Of a stretch of DNA of 48,410 nucleotides, positions 30,699-39,568 are shown piece after piece (positions within the stretch are counted from its first letter, which is position 1; every line of letters starts with the position of its first letter). The position numbers were made by a program, and so were the translations under genes. Origin of the DNA: a virus. Lineage: Duplodnaviria; Heunggongvirae; Uroviricota; Caudoviricetes. The DNA is taken from IMG/VR virus record IMGVR_UViG_2531839667_000010, positions 1-48,410 of that record, one strand, 5' to 3'. Below the pieces are notes generated by a model. The model did no database searches and was not told where the DNA came from. It saw nothing but the letters and a program-made list of their open reading frames with translations.

Positions 30699-30929
30699 TT
30701 AAGAGAAGGAGACGCCTAAATTAACCAGTACGGCTCTTTTTTCCTCAATACGACGGTCAAGCTCAGCCACAGCATGTGGGCGTATAGCATCCAAAAAGGC
30801 ATTATCCTGATAGGTAGATTGGATTGTTACCCCAAGCCCTGCACCACTCTCCAGAATGTTTTTCTGTCGCTGTAGTTCTTTTATCTCGTTATTGAGGTAA
30901 TACGCTTCACTTAGGTTTTCTGCGTTCAT
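30699..30929 (-). CDS. Hypothetical protein, translationally coupled to Rz
   Basis: 76 aa; start overlaps the Rz stop. Confidence 0.5.
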   Translation of the reverse strand: MNAENLSEAYYLNNEIKELQRQKNILESGAGLGVTIQSTYQDNAFLDAIRPHAVAELDRRIEEKRAVLVNLGVSFS

Positions 30930-31450
30930 CGTGTAACCCTGTTGTTATTCGACTGTCTCACCGAGTCGTAAATCCGCTCACACGTCATTCCGGCGCGGTA
31001 GCGTTCGTCAGCGATTCCAGCATAACGTTTAGCTTCTGCTGCAATATCTCCGAGCATGTCGGCGAGCATTCTGGCGTCGGCTCCGGCTGTTTTGCTTCGG
31101 ACGGCAGCGGCAAGATCTGCGGTGTGCTTTGCGGCGTCCAGGCTGGTAGCGAGTTTTTTGGCTTGTTGCTGCAGCTTGCTAACAGTGGCAGACAGGCCAG
31201 CAGCAGTGGCAGCAGATTTAGCGGCTTGTGCTTGTGCATCTTTTACAGCCTCATCACGGGCAATAATTCGCCCTTGTTCAATCATGCGGGCGGCGGTCTG
31301 CGCGTTCGCTGTTTGCGATGATTCCGCGCTGTCACGTTCCGCCCACTTTTTTTCCCAACCTCGGTTACTCCAGACGCTTCCGGCAATAAACGCACAGCCC
31401 ACCAGCAGAAACACAGCAAAGGTTTTACTCACTGGTCTATCCCCCAGCAC
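30926..31450 (-). CDS. Rz: Rz-type i-spanin
   Basis: N-terminal transmembrane segment then Ala/Gln-rich coiled coil; contains the embedded Rz1 ORF. Confidence 0.75.
   Translation of the reverse strand: MLGDRPVSKTFAVFLLVGCAFIAGSVWSNRGWEKKWAERDSAESSQTANAQTAARMIEQGRIIARDEAVKDAQAQAAKSAATAAGLSATVSKLQQQAKKLATSLDAAKHTADLAAAVRSKTAGADARMLADMLGDIAAEAKRYAGIADERYRAGMTCERIYDSVRQSNNNRVTR
30985..31239 (-). CDS. Rz1: Rz1-type o-spanin lipoprotein, embedded in Rz in another frame
   Basis: Signal peptide with lipobox LASC followed by a proline-rich sequence; lies wholly inside Rz. Confidence 0.6.
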   Translation of the reverse strand: MHKHKPLNLLPLLLACLPLLASCSNKPKNSLPAWTPQSTPQILPLPSEAKQPEPTPECSPTCSEILQQKLNVMLESLTNATAPE

Positions 31451-31968
31451 GTCAACGCGCTTTCCTGGTCCCGTCGCTCAACCTGACCATAGCAGCCATT
31501 CTTCTGGCCTTTGGTTAGACGACAATCACGGCCACCGTCTTTAATCCACCAGCGGATTGCCTCGCATGCACCGATGCGGTCACCTGCGTTGATGCGCTTA
31601 TAGAAGGTCGATGGGAAGCATTTACCGGGGCCGATGTTATACGGGCAGAAGGATGCGATACCCACCTTCTGAGGCTCTGTCAGAGGCACTTTGATATTGC
31701 GATCAACCCAGGCTAATGCCTTATCGCGTTCAATAGCGTTAACCTTCCGGCATTGTTCCTCAGTGGCCGTCATGCCCTTAACAACACGCCTGCCATCGAT
31801 AACGGTCACGCCGTGACATAAAGACCAGACCCCACCCGGATCAACAACGGCCACCAGCGCATTGCCTTCTTTCTCGCTGATGAATTGGTCGAAAATGAGT
31901 GGAGCAGATGCCCCTGACGCGATTAGCGCCAGCACTGCTGCGCTGAGCTTTGCTTTGTTCGACATCAT
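31429..31968 (-). CDS. R: SAR-type endolysin (lysozyme)
   Basis: 179 aa; hydrophobic Ala/Gly-rich N-terminal segment (signal-arrest-release type) then a lysozyme-like domain; follows a 71-aa holin. Confidence 0.8.
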   Translation of the reverse strand: MMSNKAKLSAAVLALIASGASAPLIFDQFISEKEGNALVAVVDPGGVWSLCHGVTVIDGRRVVKGMTATEEQCRKVNAIERDKALAWVDRNIKVPLTEPQKVGIASFCPYNIGPGKCFPSTFYKRINAGDRIGACEAIRWWIKDGGRDCRLTKGQKNGCYGQVERRDQESALTCWGIDQ

Positions 31969-32180
31969 TCACCCCGCGCAGCTTTGCGGCGATCCGCTTT
32001 GATTTGGAAGTACAGACTCGTTAACCACGTCAGCAAACCAAACATGAGGCTACCGAGCACACCAATGGCCGCCCATTGAGATGGGGAGACTTTATCGAGG
32101 AGCTGAAGCAACCAGTATCCGGTCCCCCCTCCCGATGCGCCGTATGCTATACCCGTCGTGATTTTTTCCATTCGATACAT
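31965..32180 (-). CDS. S: Class II holin (pinholin, S21-like)
   Basis: 71 aa, two transmembrane segments, possible dual start (MYRMEK); resembles my recollection of phage 21 S. Confidence 0.8.
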   Translation of the reverse strand: MYRMEKITTGIAYGASGGGTGYWLLQLLDKVSPSQWAAIGVLGSLMFGLLTWLTSLYFQIKADRRKAARGE

Positions 32181-32250
32181 GCTCTCACCTCGCTACGTTG
32201 CGGGTGTCCAGTTGAGGTAATAAAAAGGGCCGCGATAGCGACCCAAGCTT

Positions 32251-33303
32251 TTATTCCCCTGCCAGCTGCCTTACCTCACTTACCGTCTGGTTGAAACGTT
32301 CCTCTTCCAGTTCTACGCCGATAGCCTGGCGGCCCAGTTCAATGGCTGCTTTAACAGTTGATCCCGAGCCCATAAAGAAATCAGCTACCACATCGCCGGG
32401 CCTGCTGCTGGCGTTGATGATTTGCCGCAACATATCAGCGGGCTTTTCGCACGGGTGTTTGCCTGGATAGAACTGGACGGGTTTATGTGTCCAGACGTCT
32501 GTATAGGGCACGGCTACTGTCACAGAGAAATGCCGCCGAAGAGATTTGTACTCTTCCAGCAGATCAAGGTATTTCCGGTTCAACGAATGCCATGTGGCCA
32601 CCAGCTGGTGATGCGGTGCTTTGAGTTCAGAGGCGCGGTGCTTCTCAATGGCGATCTGAGTGAACAATTCCTGCAGCTTTTCGTAATCCTGCTCGTTTGG
32701 TAGTTGCCACTGACTGGTACCGAACCAGTGAGACGCCATATTTTTCTTTCCGGTAGCGTCAGCTATTTGCCTGGACGTGACCCCCAGTTCGGCTCGTGCA
32801 TCACGAAAGTAGGTGATTAACGGAGCCATGACGTGCTGTTTGACCTCGTTGCTTTTCTCAGCAAATCCGTCGCTTTTCGGCTTATATGGCCCCTGATAAT
32901 GCTCAGCGAAAAGGATGCGTTCCGTCGCGGGGAAGTAAGAGCGCAGGCTTTCTTTATTACAACCGTTCCAACGCCCTGATGGCTTCGCCCAGATAATGTG
33001 GTTCATGACGTTGAAGCGTTCACGCATCATGATCTCAATATCAGATGCCAGGCGATGCCCACAGAACAGGTAAAGGCTTCCGGCAGGTTTCAACACCCGC
33101 CAGAACTGGGCCAGACAGAGGTCCAGCCACTTAAGGTAATCTTCGTCCCCTTTCCACTGATTGTCCCAACCGTTAGGTTTCACCTTGAAGTAAGGCGGAT
33201 CGGTAACAATCAGGTCAATGGAATCATCAGGCAGGGACTGAATAAAATGCAGGCAATCAGCGTTGATTAAATCAACACTGTTTATTTTTACAGTATTTTT
33301 CAT
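32251..33303 (-). CDS. DNA methyltransferase (N6-adenine/N4-cytosine family, DPPY motif), orphan
   Basis: 350 aa with IVTDPPYF catalytic motif; no adjacent restriction endonuclease gene seen. Confidence 0.85.
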   Translation of the reverse strand: MKNTVKINSVDLINADCLHFIQSLPDDSIDLIVTDPPYFKVKPNGWDNQWKGDEDYLKWLDLCLAQFWRVLKPAGSLYLFCGHRLASDIEIMMRERFNVMNHIIWAKPSGRWNGCNKESLRSYFPATERILFAEHYQGPYKPKSDGFAEKSNEVKQHVMAPLITYFRDARAELGVTSRQIADATGKKNMASHWFGTSQWQLPNEQDYEKLQELFTQIAIEKHRASELKAPHHQLVATWHSLNRKYLDLLEEYKSLRRHFSVTVAVPYTDVWTHKPVQFYPGKHPCEKPADMLRQIINASSRPGDVVADFFMGSGSTVKAAIELGRQAIGVELEEERFNQTVSEVRQLAGE

Positions 33304-33453
33304 GGATCAGTAAGCGTAACTCTGGTAGGCTCACTCTGCTTTTGCGCTAAAGCAGTGGGCCGTGGTTCGCTTGTGACCAGTAAGCATGAGCGAATGGCTG
33401 GCAGGTGCTACCAACACCCACCAGCCGCCCATTTTCACAGCAGGAAACCGCCA

Positions 33454-33681
33454 TTACTGGCAGCGTCTGAATTTATTCCCGTACCCGCCGTTATCCTTCG
33501 CCAGACCCGCCAGAACTAACTGAGTCAGTATTAACTGGCACCGGGCTTCGCTTACTCCGGTAGTTCTCGTCATCATGCGTGGCGTTACCCACTTGTCAGC
33601 AGGTAAGAAATGAAGGACTGCTGCGGCGGTTTCTGTCATATCTTGCTGTTTTAGCATGTCTTTTTCCCTTCTGGTTAACAT
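33454..33681 (-). CDS. Hypothetical small protein, possible wHTH
   Basis: 75-aa ORF between the late terminator region and the methyltransferase. Confidence 0.35.
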   Translation of the reverse strand: MLTRREKDMLKQQDMTETAAAVLHFLPADKWVTPRMMTRTTGVSEARCQLILTQLVLAGLAKDNGGYGNKFRRCQ

Positions 33682-33759
33682 GACATACCAATAACTCTTG
33701 TCTAAAAAGCCAGCAAGATAAAAAGTCAGTATTCACGACTACCAGCGTGTTTACTGTAC

Positions 33760-33909
33760 TGCTCCAGGTTTACAGGTACAAAAAAACCGCTCAGTGGCGG
33801 GTTCTTAAATCTTATCAACGGTAGACATACAAAGCCCATCGTTGGGAAAATCTTATCCATATTTTTTGAAAAATGCAAGCATCATGTCGCCATCTTCGGC
33901 GAAAATCAT
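33760..33909 (-). promoter_or_regulatory. Late promoter region (pR'/qut analogue) with a short terminated leader
   Basis: Region immediately downstream of Q; weak hairpin followed by a U7 run on the minus strand (plus-strand aaaaaaaccgctcagtggcggg). Position-based inference. Confidence 0.35.
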
Positions 33910-34662
33910 TTATCTTGTCACTTTTCTCAATTGTGTCTCTGCATATGCTTCTTCCTGCCAGCACTTTGTAACCAGTTTATCAATGACATCTGCATATCCT
34001 TTGTACCACTGATAATCCGTCAGATCCGGTACCAGCTTCTGGACATGATGCCGCGCCAGTGTGGTTGGTAAACGGCTAAACCGGTTTCCATTGCAACGCC
34101 CACAAATCTTATAAACAGGCGTGCCATGAAGCCGGGTCCTTTTTTCATCCAGGACAATACCTTTACCCTTACACCCTCTGCACGCTGTGCTGACTTCTCC
34201 CTTACCATGACAATGCTGACATAGTTCCTTCACCCACTCTTCCTTGATAACAGATTCCCCGCTTCTGGAGTGTTTCACCACTTCGCGCAATACATTATGA
34301 AATCCAGTACCAGCACAATGCTCACAGCGAGCCTTACTTGCCGCAGACCTGGAATAATCAGCAAAGGCAAAATTCACAAGGTAAGGGATGATCTGTAACC
34401 GGGTTTCTTCACTCAATTTGTTCAATGTCGGGTTATCCAGTGCCATCGCGTAATTGAGCAGACCTTCAATCGCAAATTGAGGATCCTGAACACCAACTTT
34501 TGCCAGGAATAAGGCAAACCCAAGCGGTGCTTTCGACTGCACCATCCCCTGCGCAGCCATCACATCCGTAATCGTTAAACCACCTGAGCCTGTCGCCGGT
34601 GCGTCATCGCTCAATTTTGGAGATTTTGGGGAGTAATATTTTGGTAAGGCTTCAAGGTTCAT
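33910..34662 (-). CDS. Q: Late antiterminator Q (zinc-binding type)
   Basis: About 250 aa from MNLEALPKYY (GGAG Shine-Dalgarno); several CxxC pairs; the listed ORF extends 14 codons upstream. Confidence 0.8.
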   Translation of the reverse strand: MNLEALPKYYSPKSPKLSDDAPATGSGGLTITDVMAAQGMVQSKAPLGFALFLAKVGVQDPQFAIEGLLNYAMALDNPTLNKLSEETRLQIIPYLVNFAFADYSRSAASKARCEHCAGTGFHNVLREVVKHSRSGESVIKEEWVKELCQHCHGKGEVSTACRGCKGKGIVLDEKRTRLHGTPVYKICGRCNGNRFSRLPTTLARHHVQKLVPDLTDYQWYKGYADVIDKLVTKCWQEEAYAETQLRKVTR

Positions 34663-34675
34663 GCTCGTTCTCCAC

Positions 34676-35671
34676 TTACGCCAATACGCCAATTGCCAGC
34701 GCACGATCGATAAAACGAAATATCAGCTCCAGCTGAGAGCCATACTTCTCTTCAAATGCCACGGTATCCGCATGCAGCTCGTCGTGATGCTTTCTGCACA
34801 AAGGCAACACAAAGAGGTCATGCGCTTTTGTACCCATTCCACCCTGACCGTGGCCTATCAGGTGGTGGGGATCATCAGCAGGCTTTCCACAACATGCACA
34901 CGGCTGTGTCTTAACCCAGCGCGTGTACTTTTCATTAACCCAGCGGCGGCGTTTTGGGCGTAACATAAAAGACTCCGGCGACTCCGGATCCACTTTCAGC
35001 GCCAGCACCTTTTTCGCCTTATCCTGGATGATGCTGGTGGCAGGAACCGAAGGCACAAGGTCACTTTCCCGGGTGACAGACGGCACAACAGGCTTCGGTA
35101 ATCTCAGTGCCTTACGGGCTGCACTTTCCGGTAAGGCATCCGCCAGGTCATTACGAATCAGCCACCAGCACAGTTCCGGCATTGTCACGGCATGGTTATC
35201 ATCAAAACCGAGATCCAGACGGACTACAGACAACACCCAGCGGGCACAGTTATCCGTTGCCATTGATTCCAGCCGTTCCGTGAACTGATCGCGCAGCTGG
35301 TTATCGCAGTGCCAGCACAGACGGATTGCGCCCGGAGCGTGTCGCATTGTGGTCATGTTCTCGCTGTGCCAGTCGGAATGAGGCCACTGGCAGCCTTTTT
35401 CACGAAGTAACCAGCTTTCAAGACATTCCACGCCACCAGCACGACGGATCACTGCCTCATTGCGGAACACGGCCCTAACGGCAGGATCATCCGCCAGCGG
35501 TTGTGATGCCGCCGGAACGGCACCACTGGCGAAAGATGAATAACGTTCCGGCTCAGGCTCCAGCAGGACACGCCCCTGCATAAACAGGGGCATCAGCTCT
35601 GAACCTGGTCTGAACAATACAATCCCCATACGCGGGGCTATTTCAGGGGTCAGTAGTGCTCTCACGGTCAC
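34676..35671 (-). CDS. nin-region protein with C-terminal HNH/zinc-finger-like motif (DUF968/NinG-like)
   Basis: 331 aa; C-terminal ...CACCGKPADDPHHLIGHGQGGMGTKAHD...PLCRKHHDELH... Confidence 0.5.
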   Translation of the reverse strand: MTVRALLTPEIAPRMGIVLFRPGSELMPLFMQGRVLLEPEPERYSSFASGAVPAASQPLADDPAVRAVFRNEAVIRRAGGVECLESWLLREKGCQWPHSDWHSENMTTMRHAPGAIRLCWHCDNQLRDQFTERLESMATDNCARWVLSVVRLDLGFDDNHAVTMPELCWWLIRNDLADALPESAARKALRLPKPVVPSVTRESDLVPSVPATSIIQDKAKKVLALKVDPESPESFMLRPKRRRWVNEKYTRWVKTQPCACCGKPADDPHHLIGHGQGGMGTKAHDLFVLPLCRKHHDELHADTVAFEEKYGSQLELIFRFIDRALAIGVLA

Positions 35672-35672
35672 C

Positions 35673-36482
35673 TCAATGAACGGTATCGAGCAGCTTTAAC
35701 AGCTCAGGGAATCGGGATTCGAAGAAATGCGGCTGCGTCTCACGCGGATTTGCGGGACTGGTGATGTTCTTGCCGAACATGCAGCCTTTCGCCGTCAGCG
35801 ACCAGAATTTTTTGATGTTGTTAATCCCGGTACGGCTGTATCGTTCGCGCTGCTCGACGATCCCCAGCTTCACCATCTGGTGATATGCCTGATTAGCCGT
35901 CAGGCGGATACCATACTGCTTCAGCAGTGCACTCAGCGACAGCGTCGGGCGGCTTGAGCCATCAGGCGCGTCAGCAGGTGCATCAATGGCATAGCGCGGT
36001 GCCAGATTCGGTAAGCCAACAGCCTCCTGGAGTTTCTGACAGGCCCCAAGCACAGATGAGTTAGACAGATTTAACTCCCGGCGCATAAAGTCCAGCAGAA
36101 TCACGCCAGCCTGCATCTTGTCAGCAGCCTGTCCGGATAATTTTTCCGGTGCGCTGGTTACCATATCGAAAGTACGGATCACCTTCAGATGGAATGACGG
36201 GCTGATCCACATTGCATAGGCATACACCAGTTCCTTACAGACATACGTTCCCCGTTCATTTCCCCCATGAATCACACTCACCGGGTCAACACCCAAATTC
36301 TGGGTGTTGGTCAATTCATGAACAAGCTCAACAGTCTGTTGGCTGGAAAGAAACTTTCCTGGCTCCTTGGTTCTGGCATTTGCACCAGATGCTACTGCTG
36401 CGCGATGCAGATCGTTCAGGCTGTAACGCCCATAAGCATCACGACGAACTTCAATACCATCAATAACCATCAGATTATTCAT
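35673..36482 (-). CDS. KilA-N domain protein (antirepressor-like)
   Basis: 269 aa; N-terminal MNNLMVIDGIEVRRDAYGRYSLNDLHRAA... fits the KilA-N pattern. Confidence 0.6.
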   Translation of the reverse strand: MNNLMVIDGIEVRRDAYGRYSLNDLHRAAVASGANARTKEPGKFLSSQQTVELVHELTNTQNLGVDPVSVIHGGNERGTYVCKELVYAYAMWISPSFHLKVIRTFDMVTSAPEKLSGQAADKMQAGVILLDFMRRELNLSNSSVLGACQKLQEAVGLPNLAPRYAIDAPADAPDGSSRPTLSLSALLKQYGIRLTANQAYHQMVKLGIVEQRERYSRTGINNIKKFWSLTAKGCMFGKNITSPANPRETQPHFFESRFPELLKLLDTVH

Positions 36483-36501
36483 ACTTCGTTTCTCCTCTTA
36501 A

Positions 36502-36891
36502 TCAGGCGGCTGCACCCGCCGTTTTCTCGTACTTACTGATAGTGATTTCGACCTTCCCTTCCGGGATAACCGGCCCCCACTCCACCAGCATTCTTTTCAC
36601 CTGGCTGTCGTCCACCCACACACCCGCGTGGGTCAGGGCGTCAAACAGCGCCTTGTTATAGTTGTCCAGATCGCGAAGCCGGTTATCCGGAGGAAACAAC
36701 ACGATCTCCACTGAAGCTGGTGCCGACGTTGGTTTCGGCAGACGACGTAACTGCTCAATGATGGCTGCACACGCTGCGCTCTGGAATTTTCGCCCCGCCG
36801 CGCTTATCAGGCTCTTACCTGCAAGCGCCCCTTTGTTGGGGTGTCGCCAGTACGTGTTCACGCTGGGCGGAAAAGGCAGTATTAGCTTCAT
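36502..36891 (-). CDS. rusA: Holliday-junction resolvase RusA
   Basis: 129 aa; MKLILPFPPSVNTYW... with RusA catalytic Asp residues. Confidence 0.9.
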   Translation of the reverse strand: MKLILPFPPSVNTYWRHPNKGALAGKSLISAAGRKFQSAACAAIIEQLRRLPKPTSAPASVEIVLFPPDNRLRDLDNYNKALFDALTHAGVWVDDSQVKRMLVEWGPVIPEGKVEITISKYEKTAGAAA

Positions 36892-37214
36892 ACTTTCAGG
36901 CCCCTCTCATGTAACCAGTGGGCTGCACGCAGCCTGGCGTTTGCCTCACCGGCAAGCAGTGCGCGGATAATCCCGACCGCCTCGCTGTCGTCGTCCTTCA
37001 CCGCGGTATGAAGCGTGATGCCCCGGGCCACGCCACGCTTTATCGTGATGACGCCTTTTTTCTCCAGTGCGCGAAGATGCTCCACCGCTGCATTCACTGA
37101 ACGGTATCCCAGCATGGTTGCCACCTCCTGATTGGTTGGCGGGAAGCCACGTTCTTTCTGATAAGAAATCAGCATATCCAGCACCTGCTGCTGGCATTGA
37201 GTTAACGTCGTCAT
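36888..37214 (-). CDS. LexA-type winged-helix DNA-binding protein (no protease domain)
   Basis: 108 aa; ...NQEVATMLGYRSVNAAVEHLRALEKKGVI... resembles the LexA N-terminal domain. Confidence 0.55.
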   Translation of the reverse strand: MTTLTQCQQQVLDMLISYQKERGFPPTNQEVATMLGYRSVNAAVEHLRALEKKGVITIKRGVARGITLHTAVKDDDSEAVGIIRALLAGEANARLRAAHWLHERGLKV

Positions 37215-37864
37215 GCCGCCATCTCCCTGACCAGTTTTTCTGCCTGCTGGCGAACCTGCGCCAGAAAGGCCTCACCACATGCCTCAAGTTCATCGCGCCC
37301 GATGTAGCTGATTGCCGGTCCCTTCCAGGTCTTGTCGAAAACAGCAATAGCACCAGCGAAGAAAGCGCCTGTCGGCACCTGCTTCTCATCCTTCGGGATA
37401 AACCAGGCAGGCAGTTCAAAACCAATACGCCCGCGAATAAAAGCAATATGATCTGCATCTTCCGGCCACCACACTTCGCTGGTGGCAGCTTTGATCAGGA
37501 AAACATAGCGCCCGCCTTTATCACGCATGGCACTGGCATGCTTCATGATGTAACGCATGCCGGTGATGTATTGCCCCTCATGCTGACTGGCGCGGCTGTA
37601 TGGGGGATTACCAAAGGCAGCACCTTTAAGCTCCGCAAGGCGTTCTGACCAGTCATGCGCCAGCGCGTTGTCTTCCGCCGTGTAATACGCAGCACATTTG
37701 GCGTTATCACCGTCAGTGAACAGATCCAGAACAAACGGGCCAAACAGGGTGTTAATTCCCCAGAAAATGTTGTCCGGCGTGCGCCACTGATCGCCCACTT
37801 CCTTCAGTTCATGGGCTGGTTTGTTCCGCAGTTCCGCCAGCGCCTGGCAATATTTATTACTCAT
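37211..37864 (-). CDS. Phage Dam-type N6-adenine DNA methyltransferase, orphan
   Basis: NPPY motif (GAAFGNPPYS); ATG 37862-37864 overlaps the upstream stop (TAATG); the listed ORF starts at a GTG at 37897. Confidence 0.8.
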   Translation of the reverse strand: MSNKYCQALAELRNKPAHELKEVGDQWRTPDNIFWGINTLFGPFVLDLFTDGDNAKCAAYYTAEDNALAHDWSERLAELKGAAFGNPPYSRASQHEGQYITGMRYIMKHASAMRDKGGRYVFLIKAATSEVWWPEDADHIAFIRGRIGFELPAWFIPKDEKQVPTGAFFAGAIAVFDKTWKGPAISYIGRDELEACGEAFLAQVRQQAEKLVREMAA

Positions 37865-38358
37865 TAAGCCCCCACGTAATTCCCTGAGAGATACCACTCT
37901 TCACCTGATGCAGCCCGCTTACTGCTTTTCCGTAAACACCGTTCACGACGCGCCAGAAAATTGTTTCGTTCTGGCTGGGAGTGGCTTTCACGGAATGCCG
38001 CCATCCACACCGTTGCAGCACGACGGTATAAGCCCCTCGACTCCAGTTCTTCCGCCTGGCGGGTCAGGCACAAAATCACCCGCGGGTCGTTAGTGCCGAC
38101 ATAGAAATTGCGCACAGGTCTGGTTTCACGAACTGGTTGTGGTTCCGGATCCTGCGCTCTCTCAGTCAGGCGCTGGAAATGTCTGTGTGTATCTCCTTCA
38201 CAACGGTGAGCCACACGCCCACTCTGACGTAACTTGCTTGCTGACTGCAGAACGCGCTGCCGTGAGTAACCTGCAAAAGCATCCGCAATGTCTCCGGAAG
38301 TACACCCCGGATGGGCTTCAATGAATTTCTGAACTTCATTCAAAAGACTCATGATCAC
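37864..38358 (-). CDS. Hypothetical regulator (PerC/ANR-like C-terminal region)
   Basis: 164 aa; motif ...LESRGLYRRAATVWMAAF... resembles PerC/ANR regulators as I recall; coupled to the O-like gene (ATGA overlap). Confidence 0.4.
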   Translation of the reverse strand: MIMSLLNEVQKFIEAHPGCTSGDIADAFAGYSRQRVLQSASKLRQSGRVAHRCEGDTHRHFQRLTERAQDPEPQPVRETRPVRNFYVGTNDPRVILCLTRQAEELESRGLYRRAATVWMAAFRESHSQPERNNFLARRERCLRKSSKRAASGEEWYLSGNYVGA

Positions 38359-39347
38359 CCCCTGAATCCTGCCGGGATCTGGCTGTAGTCCACATTGTCG
38401 TAACTGGCTTTGAAGTACGGGTCTTCGCGTTTTTCTGTGTACGTGCTGACGGACGGCGATAAGCGCAGGGAAAGCTCATCCCATTTTTCCCGCAGCTTCG
38501 ACGGGCTGAGCACGTTACGGCACCAGAACGGATCGCGGCTGACGCGGCTGTACATCTCGCAGATTTGTTTGTGAGTACGCCCATCCTGTACACACATCAG
38601 GCGAATTTCGTTTGCCCAGGCTGTCCAGTTCGGTTCTTTAGGACGTACCACTTCGCCGTCACATTCGGCGGCCTGCTCGTACAGAGCGATGATTTTTTTC
38701 CAGAGCCACTGTGCGCAGGTCAAATCATCCTGCGTTCCCCACTGGCGCTTTTTAGGGCTGAATACAACCGCATCAGGATGGCGAGTTAAAAAATCCTGTT
38801 CAGCCATCTGCGTGTCCGGTTGCGAAGCGTCCGGACGAGAAGAGGTTTTATTCTCTGTAGTAATCTCTGTTGTATTCTCTGTAAGATCATTGGGCCATTT
38901 TGACCCGATGACAGCGTGTCGTTTTGAACCAATGGATCGTGTCATTTTGCGCTCATCCATCAGGTCACTTTGACCCGATGGAGAGGTGCATTTTGACCTG
39001 ATGGATTCGTTCACTTTGACCTCTTCTAAAAGCTCACTTTCATAGTTGATCGTGTAGAAGTTGGTCATGTCACGCTTCGATTTATTGAGTTGCTCGCGAC
39101 GCAAAACCCCAAGTGATTTCAGGCTTGCAAATGTGCGTTTCAGAGTGGACTCTGACCAGAACGGAAACTGCTCCAGCCACTGTTCTGTCGTGTTATAAAC
39201 CCAGCGAATTCCGCCATGCTCAGTGCCTGAATTCGTTTCATTCAGCCAGTAATGAAGCTGCTGCAACACAATTGCCTCATTCAGACCAATACGGCATGCA
39301 AGATCACGATTTATCACAATGGGCTGGGATGTCATTAACAGGCTCAT
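38355..39347 (-). CDS. Replication initiator (lambda O-like) containing the origin iterons
   Basis: 330 aa with wHTH-like N-terminus; the gene body carries six 23-bp-spaced iterons, as lambda ori lies within O. Confidence 0.7.
   Translation of the reverse strand: MSLLMTSQPIVINRDLACRIGLNEAIVLQQLHYWLNETNSGTEHGGIRWVYNTTEQWLEQFPFWSESTLKRTFASLKSLGVLRREQLNKSKRDMTNFYTINYESELLEEVKVNESIRSKCTSPSGQSDLMDERKMTRSIGSKRHAVIGSKWPNDLTENTTEITTENKTSSRPDASQPDTQMAEQDFLTRHPDAVVFSPKKRQWGTQDDLTCAQWLWKKIIALYEQAAECDGEVVRPKEPNWTAWANEIRLMCVQDGRTHKQICEMYSRVSRDPFWCRNVLSPSKLREKWDELSLRLSPSVSTYTEKREDPYFKASYDNVDYSQIPAGFRG
38893..39030. repeat. Origin of replication iterons
   Basis: Six copies of about YTTTGACCYGATGGA starting at 38899, 38922, 38945, 38968, 38991, 39014 (constant 23-bp phase), followed by a moderately AT-rich stretch. 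Confidence 0.65.
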
Positions 39348-39568
39348 GCCGCACCTCCGAGATGCTTCATGTTTTTTCCGGAGCGAAAGGCTATAAGCGG
39401 CATACTGACGCGGTAATTACGGCCCAGCGGTTCACAAATCACCTTCTGGCATTCACGGTCAACCAGGCTAACACGTAGAACATGCCCTGCAGGCGTGGTG
39501 TACCACTGACCGGGGCGAGGACAACGGAAAGTCTGATTGGTAAATCGTTTGAAAATATTCCGGATCAT
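39344..39568 (-). CDS. Hypothetical small protein
   Basis: 74 aa; ATGA overlaps with both neighbours. Confidence 0.45.
   Translation of the reverse strand: MIRNIFKRFTNQTFRCPRPGQWYTTPAGHVLRVSLVDRECQKVICEPLGRNYRVSMPLIAFRSGKNMKHLGGAA

Noticed and set aside
33304-33453. Possible tRNA gene between Q and the lysis genes, as in Stx phages
   Set aside because: No GTTCRANYC T-loop motif or cloverleaf-compatible pairing was found by eye; only a short hairpin (33345-33362) is present.
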